Shown here in pieces: positions 1-11,561 of a stretch of DNA of 60,000 nucleotides (the first letter of the stretch is position 1; every line of letters begins with the position of its first letter). Position numbers and translations under genes: made by a program. The notes below the pieces were generated by a model. The model was not told where the DNA came from. It made no database searches and worked only from the letters and a program-made list of their open reading frames with translations. Origin of the DNA: Lama glama (lineage: Eukaryota); the NCBI GenBank assembly GCA_028534125.1, contig CM052832.1:12774001-12834000 (forward strand), read 5' to 3'.

Positions 1-189
1 TCAGGAAGGCTCAAGGCACACCACTCTAATGTCTCTGGATGCCTGTCCCACACTGCCTTCTTTTTCCACCTCTCTTCGGCCACTCCTCATCAGTCTGCCC
101 GGCATACTATTCTTCCACTATCTACCCTTACATGTAGGTGTTTCTCAGGGATAGGGACTTGATACGTGACTCTCATCACCCACAGAGAG

Positions 190-1075
190 GGTACAAAGTG
201 GCTCATTCACTTTCACAGCTCATGATCCCCAAATCCAGTATCTTAACTCAGGTCTGTCTTCTGGGCTCCAGATCCACACACTGAAAAGCCCACTGAACAG
301 CTCCAGTGATGCCCTCAGGTGTCTTCAACTTAATTTTCAGTTTAAAAGTAAACTTATCTCCCTGCCAAACTGCTCCTTATTTCAGTGAATGCACCACTAT
401 CCACCCAGCTGCCCTGACCCAAGCCTGGGAGTAATCCTGGACTCCAAGCTCCCTCTTATTCCTCACAGTAAACCAGTCCCACAAACCTGCAGATCTGCCT
501 CCTTAACCACCACTCAAGTCCATCCATCTACGTGCTCCATCACCGCTGCTGCTTCTCTAGTCCAGCCACCATCATCCTTGGTTGGGCTGCTGCCTCTATT
601 CTTGTTTCCATCCCCATTTATTCTCTTCACTGCATCCACATTCACTTATCCAGAAAAACATAAACATGGACAGTCACATCTCCACTTAAAATTTTTTGAT
701 AGTTTTCCCACTGCTCCTAGGCAAAAATCTCCAATGCTGTCTAGAAGACCTTCACAATCCAGTCCTGCCTACTTTTCCAGCCTCACTGCTCAACGCTGTC
801 CCAGCACTCTACAGTCCAGCCACAGGGCACTTGTTTAAGCCCAAAAGTCCCCTTGCTTTCCTACTTCTGGCCCCTATTACCTACACATACACCCACATCC
901 CCTTCACTCCCCTGCCTGCCCTTGACCTTTACCAGGTACCCTTGATTTCTCTTATGGTAGCCCTTTACTGTAAGCAGCTTAGGTCTCGCATCCAGACCAA
1001 AAGCTCCACGAAGGCAGGGGCTGCATGTGCCTTGCTCACTTTTATCCCCAGCACCTGGCATTTGGTAGATGCTAA
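190..1075 (+). mobile_element. L2 LINE 3' fragment
   Basis: C/T-rich L2-like body ending TCCCCAGCACCTGGCATTTGGTAGATGCT. Confidence 0.6.
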
Positions 1076-1477
1076 GAAGGAAAGGCTGAGAAGAGAAGGA
1101 GCGAGGAAGAGGTGTTTCTTTGGGGTTACTTTTGGTTCAGGTTTCATGGGACAAGGGTGAAAGAGGTCCAAACTCTTCAGGGTAGGAAAGCACACAGGCA
1201 TTCAAGCGTAGCCCTAGCTAGGAACATGAGCATGTCTGGTCTTATCAGAGTTTCTAAGAACCACAGCAGATGGCAGTTGGACAGGACATATACCCAGCTG
1301 ATGCAGATACCACAATGATGATGTACTGAAGTCTGTGGTGTTGGGAGTAGGAGGCATAAACAGTGACCCCAGTCACTCTCCATGATCAGTCCATGGAAAT
1401 CTAGAATACCAACTTATTTGAGCTTGCTCTAAAAATATTCTTTATCTAGAGTTAAGTATAAGAATCAAGAAACTCTC

Positions 1478-1599
1478 GGGGGAGGGTATAGCTCAGTGGT
1501 AGAGTGCATGCCTAGCATGCACAAGGTCCGGGGTTCAATTCCCAGTACCACCATTAAAATAAACAAATAAATAAAAACAGAAATTACCCCCCACCCAAA
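1478..1599 (+). mobile_element. tRNA-Ala-derived SINE (camelid vic-1-like)
   Basis: Head GGGGAGGGTATAGCTCAGTGGTAGAG...GGTTCAATTCCC (A and B boxes); A-rich tail; perfect 18-bp TSD AAGAATCAAGAAACTCTC (1460-1477 and 1600-1617). Confidence 0.9.
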
Positions 1600-4487
1600 A
1601 AGAATCAAGAAACTCTCAAGGGGAAGCTGCTCTGGTTAATGACACCACTCTGTATTCACACATGTGGTCTTCCCGTGGTAAGTTCTTGGAAGTATATCTG
1701 AAAAGTAAATCATAAAGTTATGGGGAGGATCCACTTTTTAGAGAGCCAAAATAACTCTCCTATCATTAAAAAAAAAAGAAGAAGAAAAAGAGGGGAGGCA
1801 TGAGAAAATTCTGCTGTGGAAAACAGTAACAAATAATCTGAATAACCTCCCACTGGGCCGTCAGGGATAGCCAGAGCTGCTCACGCCTGCTTCTTCTGAT
1901 GCTCCAGCGTGTATTCGTGTTCCTTCTCCAGGCCCTGTTGCCCTGCCTGGTGGCCAGGACTAGGCCAGCAAGTACTGGTCTTCCCCTTCATGATAACATG
2001 ATGAGGGCTCACCAGAGTTCCTGACTCAGCAGGCAGGAGGTCAAGATCAGCCCTGGGTCTCTCACGCTGGCTTGCGTGCTTCCCTCATACCCAGCCTATG
2101 CATCTGGGGTACACTGAGGGGTAATTATCGCATCTAGGAAGGTCATTCTTCTAAGCTGTGAAAGCTTTTCCAGGTCCCTGGGTAAGGTGGTAGCTTTTGG
2201 TGAAAGGGAGGAGACACTGCACTACAGAGCACTAAAGTCGGGAGCGGGCTTTTGACCTTCAAATGGAAGGACCATTCGGAATTCCCCAGGACTATGGAGT
2301 CAACAAGAAATTTGAGGTTCTAGGACTTCCTGCGTGGCCACTTCATATATTCCAATTAATTCCATAGCTGACTCCTGCTAAGATCACAGTTTCTTCCCTG
2401 ACTGGGTTAACAGTTCCCATGCTGTCCTTGCCATTTCCAACTGACCATTCGGACAATAAGGGTTACGAGGCAGACACCCATCAAGGGACAAAGCAAGGAA
2501 GGACAATAAGAGACAAGAGAAGAGACAGGAAGGAAAAAAGGGAGGGGCAAAAAAAGACGGGTGGTGATGGAGAATTAAGAAAAAAGCTTCTATTAAAAAG
2601 TCTGCTAATTTCTGATCCCATGACAGTTTTGCAAAGGATGAATTTTTAAGTCAGAATTATTAGAATCCAGTATTACAAACTATTTGAGTGCATGCATGTG
2701 GACACCCCATCCCATGCTGACCTTGCTGAGAGCCACTGTCTCTTAGACAAACAGTGTACTCTGCCAGGCAGGCATGCTGACTTCATGCACATGACCCTCT
2801 AGATTCTCAGGGCAGGACTGGGTGGATTAAAAGTATTTGCTAACAAGTATTTTCTCTGGATGACGTCAAATTGCCAGGCACTGTTACTGCTGCCATTCTC
2901 CATATACTCCGTTACAAGGCTCTGTCTTCTAACAAGGGATGATGGGTAATACCAGGGAAAGCCTCCCAGGTGGGCAGGCAGACACTCTCTTCAGAGTAAC
3001 TGAGAGTTTCTCCCATCCCATATCTGGATCACCCTCCTCCTAGCCTCCAGGAGGCTGGCAAGAGCCATCAGCCACACGATCCTACCTGGGCCAATCTTCC
3101 AAGAGACCACCAACCCCTGAAGGGGCCTCTGTCTTACAGATTCAGGAAAGCTGTGGTTCATAAACCTTTCTCCCCATCTCAGCACACCTGAAGGCCATGG
3201 CACAGGCCCATGAGTAGCTTTGGTTCAAAATTACAGTATCACAGGAGCTGGGGAGTGTAGTCTGAAAAAGCCCCTGGACTGAAAATCACTGTTCTCAAGG
3301 ACAAACAAGATTTTATTTCCAGATAATTTTCTTTTTTCTCTTCTGAGCACAACCCGAAGAAACTGCTAGGGAAAGCTTAAAGTGAGAATGTTAACACTCT
3401 TGTCAGCCAACCAACATTTAATGAGAACCGAACAAACAGGGAAGGGGGAGCAGCTGACTGAACAGAAGACTCTGCTCCAGCACCTCAGCAGCTCCAGAGG
3501 GAGATCCTCTATAGCGGATGTCAAAAAATGCCTTCTCCTCAGAAAAATCTCACGTCAATATCCCAGAGAGCCACAATTACTCATGCAACAAACACTTACT
3601 GAACATTTGTTATCTGCCCCAGCTCCAGGGCATCCTCCCTCCAACACAGGCTCTGGCATCCTAACACTCTCCTCCTATCCTCTCCTCTGGATAATCTGGC
3701 CTCACAGACTTTACAAAGAATCAATGGCTAATCAATTATGAGGCTTTACTCCTCCCATGGGATATGGGCCTTGAAGACAACAACCAGCCAGGGAGGCCTA
3801 TTGCGGGGCTGCTTTGGGTGGAATCAGAGCCCCATGCTGCCACAGACAGGCAGGTCTCCCTCTCCGAACTTGTGATAAGAGCAACCCCTGCCCAGGAGGA
3901 AAATGGCCCTGCCACAGTGTCAGAACTGTGACAATTACAGGCTTGCCAATCCTAGTTCCCAGATCCTACGTTTCGTCCTTTTAAAAATTCCCATGCACTA
4001 GGGATTAAGCCAGCTTTCAATTGGCAAAGAAGGTTGGTATTGGAACTGAGAATTTTCTCTAAATCCCATGCTGCAGCCCAGTGAAGCTGCTGATGGCTCT
4101 GGCACATATTTCCCTAAATCGAGCCTCAGAACCTTCTGTCTGCCTCTAGGGAAAACCTCAAAGCTGCACTCACTGCGATAACTGCAGAAACTGAACCAGG
4201 TGCCAGAACTGCTCTCAGCCAGTGGATGCAACAGGGAGGCCAGCTCGGTTTACTGTGGCGGCCCCTAATGTTACCAAAAAGGCAGCGAGGCACCCTCTTA
4301 AGCCTTTGCAGAGAAAAGAGGGGTTTGATATTATTTACTCTGCAGAATTAACTCTGTGTAAAGGGAATTAGAAGTGAAGTTAGAACACACGGCTCCTCTT
4401 TCCCTTTCCAATGCTGCATGAAGACATCTACCATGCCTGGACTTGCGAGAAGAAACCTAGTCAGTGGGCTGGGTGAAGAAAGTACAT

Positions 4488-5233
4488 GAGTGTGGGGAGA
4501 AAAGGGAACCCTCGTGCACTGCTGGTGGGAATGTAAACTGATACAACCACTATGGAAAACAGTATCTCGTTTCCTCAGAAAACTAAAAACAGAGCTACAA
4601 TACAACACAACTATTCTACTTCTGGGTATTTATCCAAAAAAAATTAAAACATTAACTTGAAAAGATACATGCACCCTCAATGTTCACTGCAGCATTACTA
4701 ATAATAGCCAACATATGGAAGCAACCAAGTGCCCACTAACAGATGAGTGAATTAAGAAGATGTGGTATATACTCAAGAGGTGGAATATGACTTAGCCACA
4801 AGAAAGAATGAAATCATCCCATTTGCAAAAACATGGATGGACCTAGAGGGTAATATGTTAAGTGAAATAACTCAGACAGAGAAAGACAGTACCATATGAT
4901 TTCACTTAAGTGTGGAATCTAAAAACAAAACAAATAAGCAAACATAGCGAAACAGAAACAGACTCATAAATACAGAGAACAACCCGGTGGTGGTTGCCAG
5001 AGGGGAAGAGGATGGGGGAATGGGCGAAATCGGGGAAGGGGTTAAAAAGTACAAACTGCCACTTACAAAATAAATTAAGTCACAGGGACATAATGTACAG
5101 CAAAGGAAGATACTAAAATATTGTAATAACTTTGCATGGTGACAGATGGTAACTAGACTTATCCTAGTGATCATTTCATGACATATGAAAATATCAAATC
5201 ACTGTAAGTCAATTACACTTTAAGAAAAAAAAA
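4488..5233 (+). mobile_element. 5'-truncated LINE-1 (ORF2 end and 3'UTR)
   Basis: GGAGAAAAGGGAACCCTCGTGCACTGCTGGTGGGAATGTAAACTG...CATGGATGGACCTAGAGGG...; poly-A end. Confidence 0.88.
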
Positions 5234-5578
5234 GAATAACAAAGAGAAGAAAACAGAAGCATTCACACAACACTTCAGCAGACACTTCTTAAAGCTTCGG
5301 CTGTCCTCATGCTCCTCTGGAAACATGTAGACATCCTGCCTTGTCTCGGCCACCAGGGAGACACTGACAGGAAAGGGCTTCTCATGCCTCTGTGCTTTGC
5401 TTGTACTGATTCCTCTGCCTGGAAAGCACAGTCCTAGCTAGGGAACCTTTAGGACTTAATTCAAATGGCACCTTTTCTGTGAAGCTTACTCCCATACCTT
5501 CACCAGCCCAGGCCAAACTGAATGTTCTCTCCTCTGCAGTTCCTAATGGAGTGATGGGAGGCAGAGAGGAAGAGCAAC

Positions 5579-5734
5579 GGATTCTGCCAGAATCAAGTGG
5601 CTCCTGGGAGGTGAAAAACCTGTGGGAGCTCAACACTGGGCACAAAATCCAACGGCACATAGTTGTCAAAAAGTTGAAAACACTTCGGTTTTGAAGGACC
5701 ACAGGGGGGCCATGCCACCCCAAGCCAGAATGTC
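5579..5734. repeat. Duplicated module, copy 1 (A 5579-5673 plus B 5677-5734), RNF8 intron 7
   Basis: A aligns directly with 9060-9157; B aligns with the reverse complement of 9168-9232. Confidence 0.85.
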
Positions 5735-7006
5735 CTCCCTGGGCATCACAGGCTTAAGCCCACTTCCTGCTCAGCACCCACACCGCCCAGTCCTGTGACA
5801 GGCTTGCTGCCTGGCTCTAGCTGACCAACTGATTGCCAGTTCCACCACAGCTGCTTGCAAATCAGCATCAGATTTCTGGCCGTACTCAAAGGGGCTGACA
5901 TTTGTTGAAGGGCTAGAAGAAAACAAGCAATAGACAGAAGAGCCTATTCTTAGCACTGTAGCTTTTATTAAGCCTTCGGCTTCCCTGGGCTTAGAGAAGG
6001 GTACACCCAAAGACATACATGATCATGGGTCACTAATGGCCAGGTGGTGGGAAGCTTTTAGTTCTTCTCTGATGAGCCTTTATGTCCAACCAATTGACAT
6101 CACAGCACTCTGGCTCTGAGCATTCCCAGAAGGTACTGCTGTACTAGATTTTTAAGGGAACTGAACATGATAATCGGATCCACCCTGCTTCTATGCACTC
6201 TCATCACTACCCGATAACCAACCTTTCCTATCCAGTAAGCTTCCTTATGCTTTGCCCCAGGACACATCCTTTGCCATAAGAACATTCAAGTCTCAGAGTG
6301 GCTCTGCAACCCTCAACACAGCAGGCCTAAGTGTGATGAAATCATTCAGTTAAATGAGCAGATGTTCACTATGCAAGTGTGGTTCTTCAGCAAAACATAC
6401 ACCCTTCCCCAATCTCTTTATCCAAACTGACTGGGAGACTTGTTTGTAAATATATTAGGATGCCCAAAGTCAACATAGTAGAATTAAATTGATCTCTTTT
6501 TGGTTTAATATTTTATACCCAATTTGTGTAATTATGCTGTGTCTCTTACAGATGGCACCAATAAATATGTTTTCTTCACATTTCTTGGCATTCTCCAAGT
6601 TGTGAATCTTTGACTTGTACACATCCTATTTATAATTTATTGTATACACAACCCAAGGTTTTTGCAACACCTAGACAGCAACTAAACTGTCTTGAACAAC
6701 GGCACCATCTACTGAGCAGTACAGCAAACTGTCTGACAGTGTTTTCTAACCACATTTTTTATCCCCATAATCAAGACACAAACACGTACGCTTCCCGCTT
6801 CCCTGATGCTCAAAATAACTGTGTTAATTCTATCTCAACTCTTTCTCGTACGTTCATTTTCTTTAAGCCCCTTTACCTTTCCCCATTTCTTCTAGCTCTT
6901 CCTTAGCTCAAGAATCATGTATCTGACTCTTCCCCGTTCAAAAAAACCTGCCTAGGTTTCTAAGTTCTTTATTGAGGGGACTCACCTCTTGTTCATACCC
7001 ACTCAC

Positions 7007-7211
7007 CTTTTCGTTCCCTGATGAGGACAATTCGTCGTTCTTTAACTTCTGAGCTCAGATTATCTACCATTTTATTAATGCAATTGTCCAGAACCAGGGA
7101 GTGGGTTTTAGACTTGATGTCCTTCCGACAAATGGGGCATTCTACCTTCCGCTTCATCCATTCATTGATACAGTAGGAGCAGAAGCTATGGGCACAGTTC
7201 AAGGTGACGGC
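7007..7211 (-). CDS. RNF8: RNF8 exon 7 (AVTLNCAHSFCSYCINEWMKRKVECPICRKD...LIRERK), remainder of the C3HC4 RING
   Basis: Acceptor cgtag|GCC and donor AAAG|GTGAGT; 205 nt, ends in phase 1; C-x-H-x2-C-x2-C...C-x2-C pattern. Terminal exon not found in the window. Confidence 0.97.
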
Positions 7212-7625
7212 CTACGGTAAGAACGTGAACACACACATCAGAACTCTCTTGCTTCCCCAGAGCGGCTGTGATCTCAGAGCTAGGACAAGAGTTAATTCCC
7301 AAGGCCAAGTGGAAATTTAACCATAACCTCACCTAGAAGTCTTACAAGGGGTATTAGAATCATCTTCGGAATGGGAAATTTTAAGCTTCATGTTAGATGA
7401 TTCATTTTCTCTCTCTAAGTTAAGTTCAAAGACTCAAAGGCTGACTCGTCTATTCTGTTTCACCAACTCAGACCACACTGCCAACATGGGTTAGGTACCT
7501 TGCATACAACTGTCACTGGACACAAGTAGGACTAGCAAGCGTGTGAATGCTGGTATAAATAATTCATTATTTCTCTTACAAAAACAAATTTATGCCCTAA
7601 TTGTGAATTAGAACCTCAAATTTTA

Positions 7626-7804
7626 GATAAACAAGATTATACTGTATAGCACAGGGAAATATATACAAGATCTTGTGGTAGCTCACAGCGAAAAAAAAAA
7701 TGTGACAATGAATATATGTATATTCATGTATAACTGAAAAACTGTGCCCTACACTGGAATTTGACACAACATTGTAAAATGACTATAACTCAATTTAAAA
7801 AACC
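7626..7804 (+). mobile_element. Short, young LINE-1 3' end
   Basis: ACTGTATAGCACAGGGAA...GAATTTGACACAACATTGTAAAATGACTATAACTC; 12-bp TSD CCTCAAATTTTA. Confidence 0.8.
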
Positions 7805-9059
7805 CCTCAAATTTTAATATACAAATGGGAGCACATATGAATACTCAGTATACAGAATGGAAGGAGGCATCCTCTCTACTGAAAAGCTAAAAAAAAAGTG
7901 TATGTAAAAGAGAACTTAGGCTGGAGAAAAAAAGAACTAAAAAGCGGCGGGGAATGTAATGGGTTCGACTGACAGTGCCTTAAGTAAACAAGCCTATGAA
8001 AAGAGAGAAAGCAGAAGGAAGCCTTTATTTGAGGGGCTCCTCTGAGTAACCACAATGGTCCACTTTCTGCCAGGGTCCTTTTCACTCCCCAGAATATAAA
8101 CCATTCTCTTCATTACTCTTGTGTATGCATCCCTCCTACGATACAACTTTTTCTGTAGCTCAAAAAATCTTCATTCCTGCTTTTAGGATAACAGTGGAAA
8201 ATAATAGATATTATATATTTTCCAAATGCCAAGCTAAGGCCAGAAAGCCATCTAGGAGACATTCTCAGTAAAGGATGAAATGAATTCTCATAAACAGGAC
8301 TAAAAACCTGTCTGATTAAAATGAAACCTCTTCCCTACACTAATTTTAAGAGGCTACCAGTAGAAAAGGTCAGGCACATGCTGTAAGCCAAACACAGGTC
8401 AAGTTGTCTCTTGAATGTCATGCAGATGCTTTAGGTTGCCTAATCACCAGTTCTAACCCCCTCTTTCCTTGTCTTCCAGGTCCATAAGCCCTGTCAAGAC
8501 AGCACTAACTGAGCTTCTCCAAAGGAGGGAATCAAATGACTGGAAACTATGGGGGAAATTATGAACTGAAGTCAAAGTGCGTCTACAGCAAAAGAAACAG
8601 GTCTGTCTAGGACTTTTCAGGAAGCTAACAGGCCCAATCTCCCTAAAGAGCACCAGAAAAAACGAAGCAGTATGTGTATGTGTTTCCTTTTTTAAAGGAG
8701 TCTGAAAAGCACTGACATTTAACAACTTGAGTTTAACACTTGTGGTGTAAGATGAACTGGTCACAAATGGTAGAATTTATGAAAAATAAAAGAGAGCGTG
8801 TGCAAAGGCAAGACAGGATAACAAATGGTAACCTAAGAGAGGTGTTTCATTTATCATAAGGTGGCTCAGAGCACCTGAAATATGTTCCACTTACTTGGCA
8901 GCTGAATTCCCAGTGATTGCAAATCAATGGCATTTGCCCCCCGTTTAAAGGCTGCACTGCATGCCCACTCACAGCACGTGCCCATTCAGAGGTAAGAAAG
9001 AGTTGCTTTATTGAGCAGCTTTATTCTGATACTTCAAAAATCTAATGCCATCTAATTCT

Positions 9060-9232
9060 GGATTCTGCCAGAATCAAGTGTCTCCTGGGAGGTAAAAAAA
9101 ACCTGTGGGGGCTCAACACTGGGCACAAAATCCCACAGCACGTACTTGTCAGAAAAGCATGAAACAAGACATTCTGACCTGTGGGAAGGTGGGGGTGGCC
9201 CTCTGGTGGTTCTTTGAAACCAAAGTGTTTTT
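9060..9232. repeat. Duplicated module, copy 2 (A 9060-9157 plus inverted B 9168-9232), RNF8 intron 6
   Basis: Counterpart of copy 1 at 5579-5734. Confidence 0.85.
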
Positions 9233-9524
9233 TCTCTTCAACAACAAAGAGATAAAGGCTTTATTACAGCCAAAAATGTTGCTTTTAACAAATAAACACT
9301 CAAAAACAAATGAAGTAAGAAAAAGGACAGTGAAGGTAAAGAATATTGCAAAAACAAAGGAGACACGGCCATCTCCAGAGGTCTCTTAGAAGTCAAAAAG
9401 CTACAGTAAGTTCTTGGAAGAAGAGGCTCTGCGGAATGTTTCCTGGAGCAGAAGCAGCCTGTGCAGCCGAGGCTCGGTTCAGGGCTGGGAGGGTAAGAAG
9501 ACGTGAGCCACTGCTTGCAACTAC

Positions 9525-9632
9525 CTCAATGAAGTACTCTGAGCAAATAATACACTGGAGCTCGTTCTCTAGCACGTCATTCATGTGGCTAAGAACTTCC
9601 TCCTTCTGTGCTTGCACCTTCTCCTTCTCCTC
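9525..9632 (-). CDS. RNF8: RNF8 exon 6 (EEKEKVQAQKEEVLSHMNDVLENELQCIICSEYFIE), first CxxC of the RING
   Basis: Acceptor ttttcag|GAG and donor GAG|GTAG; 108 nt. Confidence 0.96.
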
Positions 9633-10726
9633 CTGAAAAGACACACAATCCTCCGTCATTCGGGAGAACCAGCAAGTATGCAAAACAGGACAGCGAGCAG
9701 AGTTAATCACCTGGAATAGGATTCAGAAGGAGCCAAAATTAAAAATTCAATCTGACACCGCAACACGAGAATAAAACTCTTTCCCCAAGGGTTACTTTTC
9801 CTCAGAACTGCTTTCTACTATGGGGCACTACCTTCCTTTCTTTCCTTTCTCCACTTGTTCAGTACGTATTTGCATTGCAGTTTCTGTCTCCTTCCCAAAA
9901 TTAACCAAATGAGAAAAACTGAAGGTAGCAATATCAACCCCACTAACCACCCACAACCAGAATGATACATTAAGTATCCTACAGAAAACTGAAGTTCAGA
10001 GGTGATATAAAATCATCCTAACCAACTAAGAACTCACTGGTTAAGACGTGAGGAATAGTCCATAGAGGCAGGAAGCTCGAATTATAAGGTTCCTTATGTT
10101 CTCTGCAGCTGCCTCTTCTATAAAATAAGGATAATACCTAGGCTCCCTGGAGGCAGGAGACTAGAGAGATGGCCTCTTGAAGTACCTTCAGGCCCCACTC
10201 TGTGATGCTTGTCACTTTCCACTCCTGCAGTGCAATTACCCTGTGCGTTCCCCAAGAGGAAAGACCACTTGTGGACACACTTTTTAGGGAGGATATAGAT
10301 GTGCTCTCTTGAAGGAGACATTTATTAATTTAGCACCTCATCCCCAAACAGAAAGGATTAGGAGCCCCTGAAGGGGAGAGGAAAGCCATTTAGGGTATAT
10401 TTGAGTGGCTGATTCATTTTTCATCTTTTATTTTCCCTTCTAATCAAAGCAAAGACTGTCAGACTGCTTAGGGCAGTTAAGAGGGTCTGGATCCATTTCT
10501 AACTAGAGTCAAGTTCCCTGAAAACTTTTGAATTGCTGGATTTAAAATAGATTTGGTGGTTTTTCAGTGGTTGGGGGAAAAGGTAGTATGTGATTTTAAC
10601 AGAGGATAAGGATAGCAAACCAATTGAAAAGAGAGTCTCCCCATTTCTGTACTCCATCAGCTCCAGGTCTGTACATGAGGAGAGGTGGGCTGAGAGATGC
10701 AGTCAGATGCAGGCATTAACTTCAGG

Positions 10727-11110
10727 TCAGAGGTTGCAAACTGGTGGTCTATGGACTGGATCCTGCCTGCAGACTTTAGTTAGGCACTAGTGGTATCAAA
10801 AAACTGAATGAACTGTTGCCAATACTTGAAAATTGGAATATTTCACATCAACATTTGGATTTCCATCTTTTGTGGAAGACTCAGATCTGACAACACTAGG
10901 CTTGCATTTCTGGATGGCAAAGACTGGCTGCAGCAGGGAAGAGCCGCCCCTGGGGGTGGCAGTGAGGGTGGTGGTGGTGCCCCCTACTAATGCTTCTCTG
11001 CCTCGCAGCTCCCTACTGTGTTCTCACACCCAGGCCACTTTACTCACTTCTATTATTGGTCCAACCCCAGTGGGCATCTCAGTTTATAACCCCCTAATTT
11101 AAGAGTTCCA
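10727..11110 (+). mobile_element. hAT-Charlie DNA transposon fossil (MER102-like)
   Basis: CAGAGGTTGCAAACTGG terminus and TTGAAAATTGGAATATTTCACAT body. Confidence 0.5.
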
Positions 11111-11471
11111 CTGATTTGATGTGGGAAATGATTACATAAAAGCGTCAAGATGAACTATTTTTTATTTCTACTACACCACTCCTTAGCCTATGTCAGTGAG
11201 ACACTGAGAAGAAACATCTCCCATAGACAGTGGACTAGGCTGCAGGATGTGTCTTATTCCCAGCACTTCACTTCCGAATGAGGGAAGGAAACAGATGTTG
11301 CCTTATAGGTAGAACCTTCTACAGGCCTAAATAATTTTATAGATTATTTCCCCTGAGGCAGGGAACGGCTATAATTTCCGCCTTCATTCACCAGAGCAAC
11401 CCTTGCACTGTTGAAAATGCTGAGTTGCACGTAACTAACCAAATTCTAAACCTTCATCTTCCTTCCAGTAC

Positions 11472-11561
11472 CTTAGTCTGCTCCAATTCTTTGTTCTTGG
11501 CCTGGATGATTGCTTCAAAGTCCTTCCTGCTGCGATCTAGCTCTTGCATTAGAGCCCGATA
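11472..11561 (-). CDS. RNF8: RNF8 exon 5 (YRALMQELDRSRKDFEAIIQAKNKELEQTK), coiled coil
   Basis: Acceptor ctgcag|TAT and donor AAG|GTACTG; 90 nt. Confidence 0.95.

Noticed and set aside
389..1160. Two ORFs of about 150 aa on the plus strand
   Set aside because: They lie in a decayed L2 element and give low-complexity Pro/Ser/Leu peptides.
1478..1552. tRNA-Ala-like sequences here and at the other SINE heads
   Set aside because: Each has an A-rich tail, most have a TSD, and the stems are degenerate; these are SINEs, not tRNA genes.
1..7006. Search for the RNF8 terminal exon (AKRLF*-like)
   Set aside because: No matching acceptor and sequence were found by eye; it probably lies beyond the left edge.
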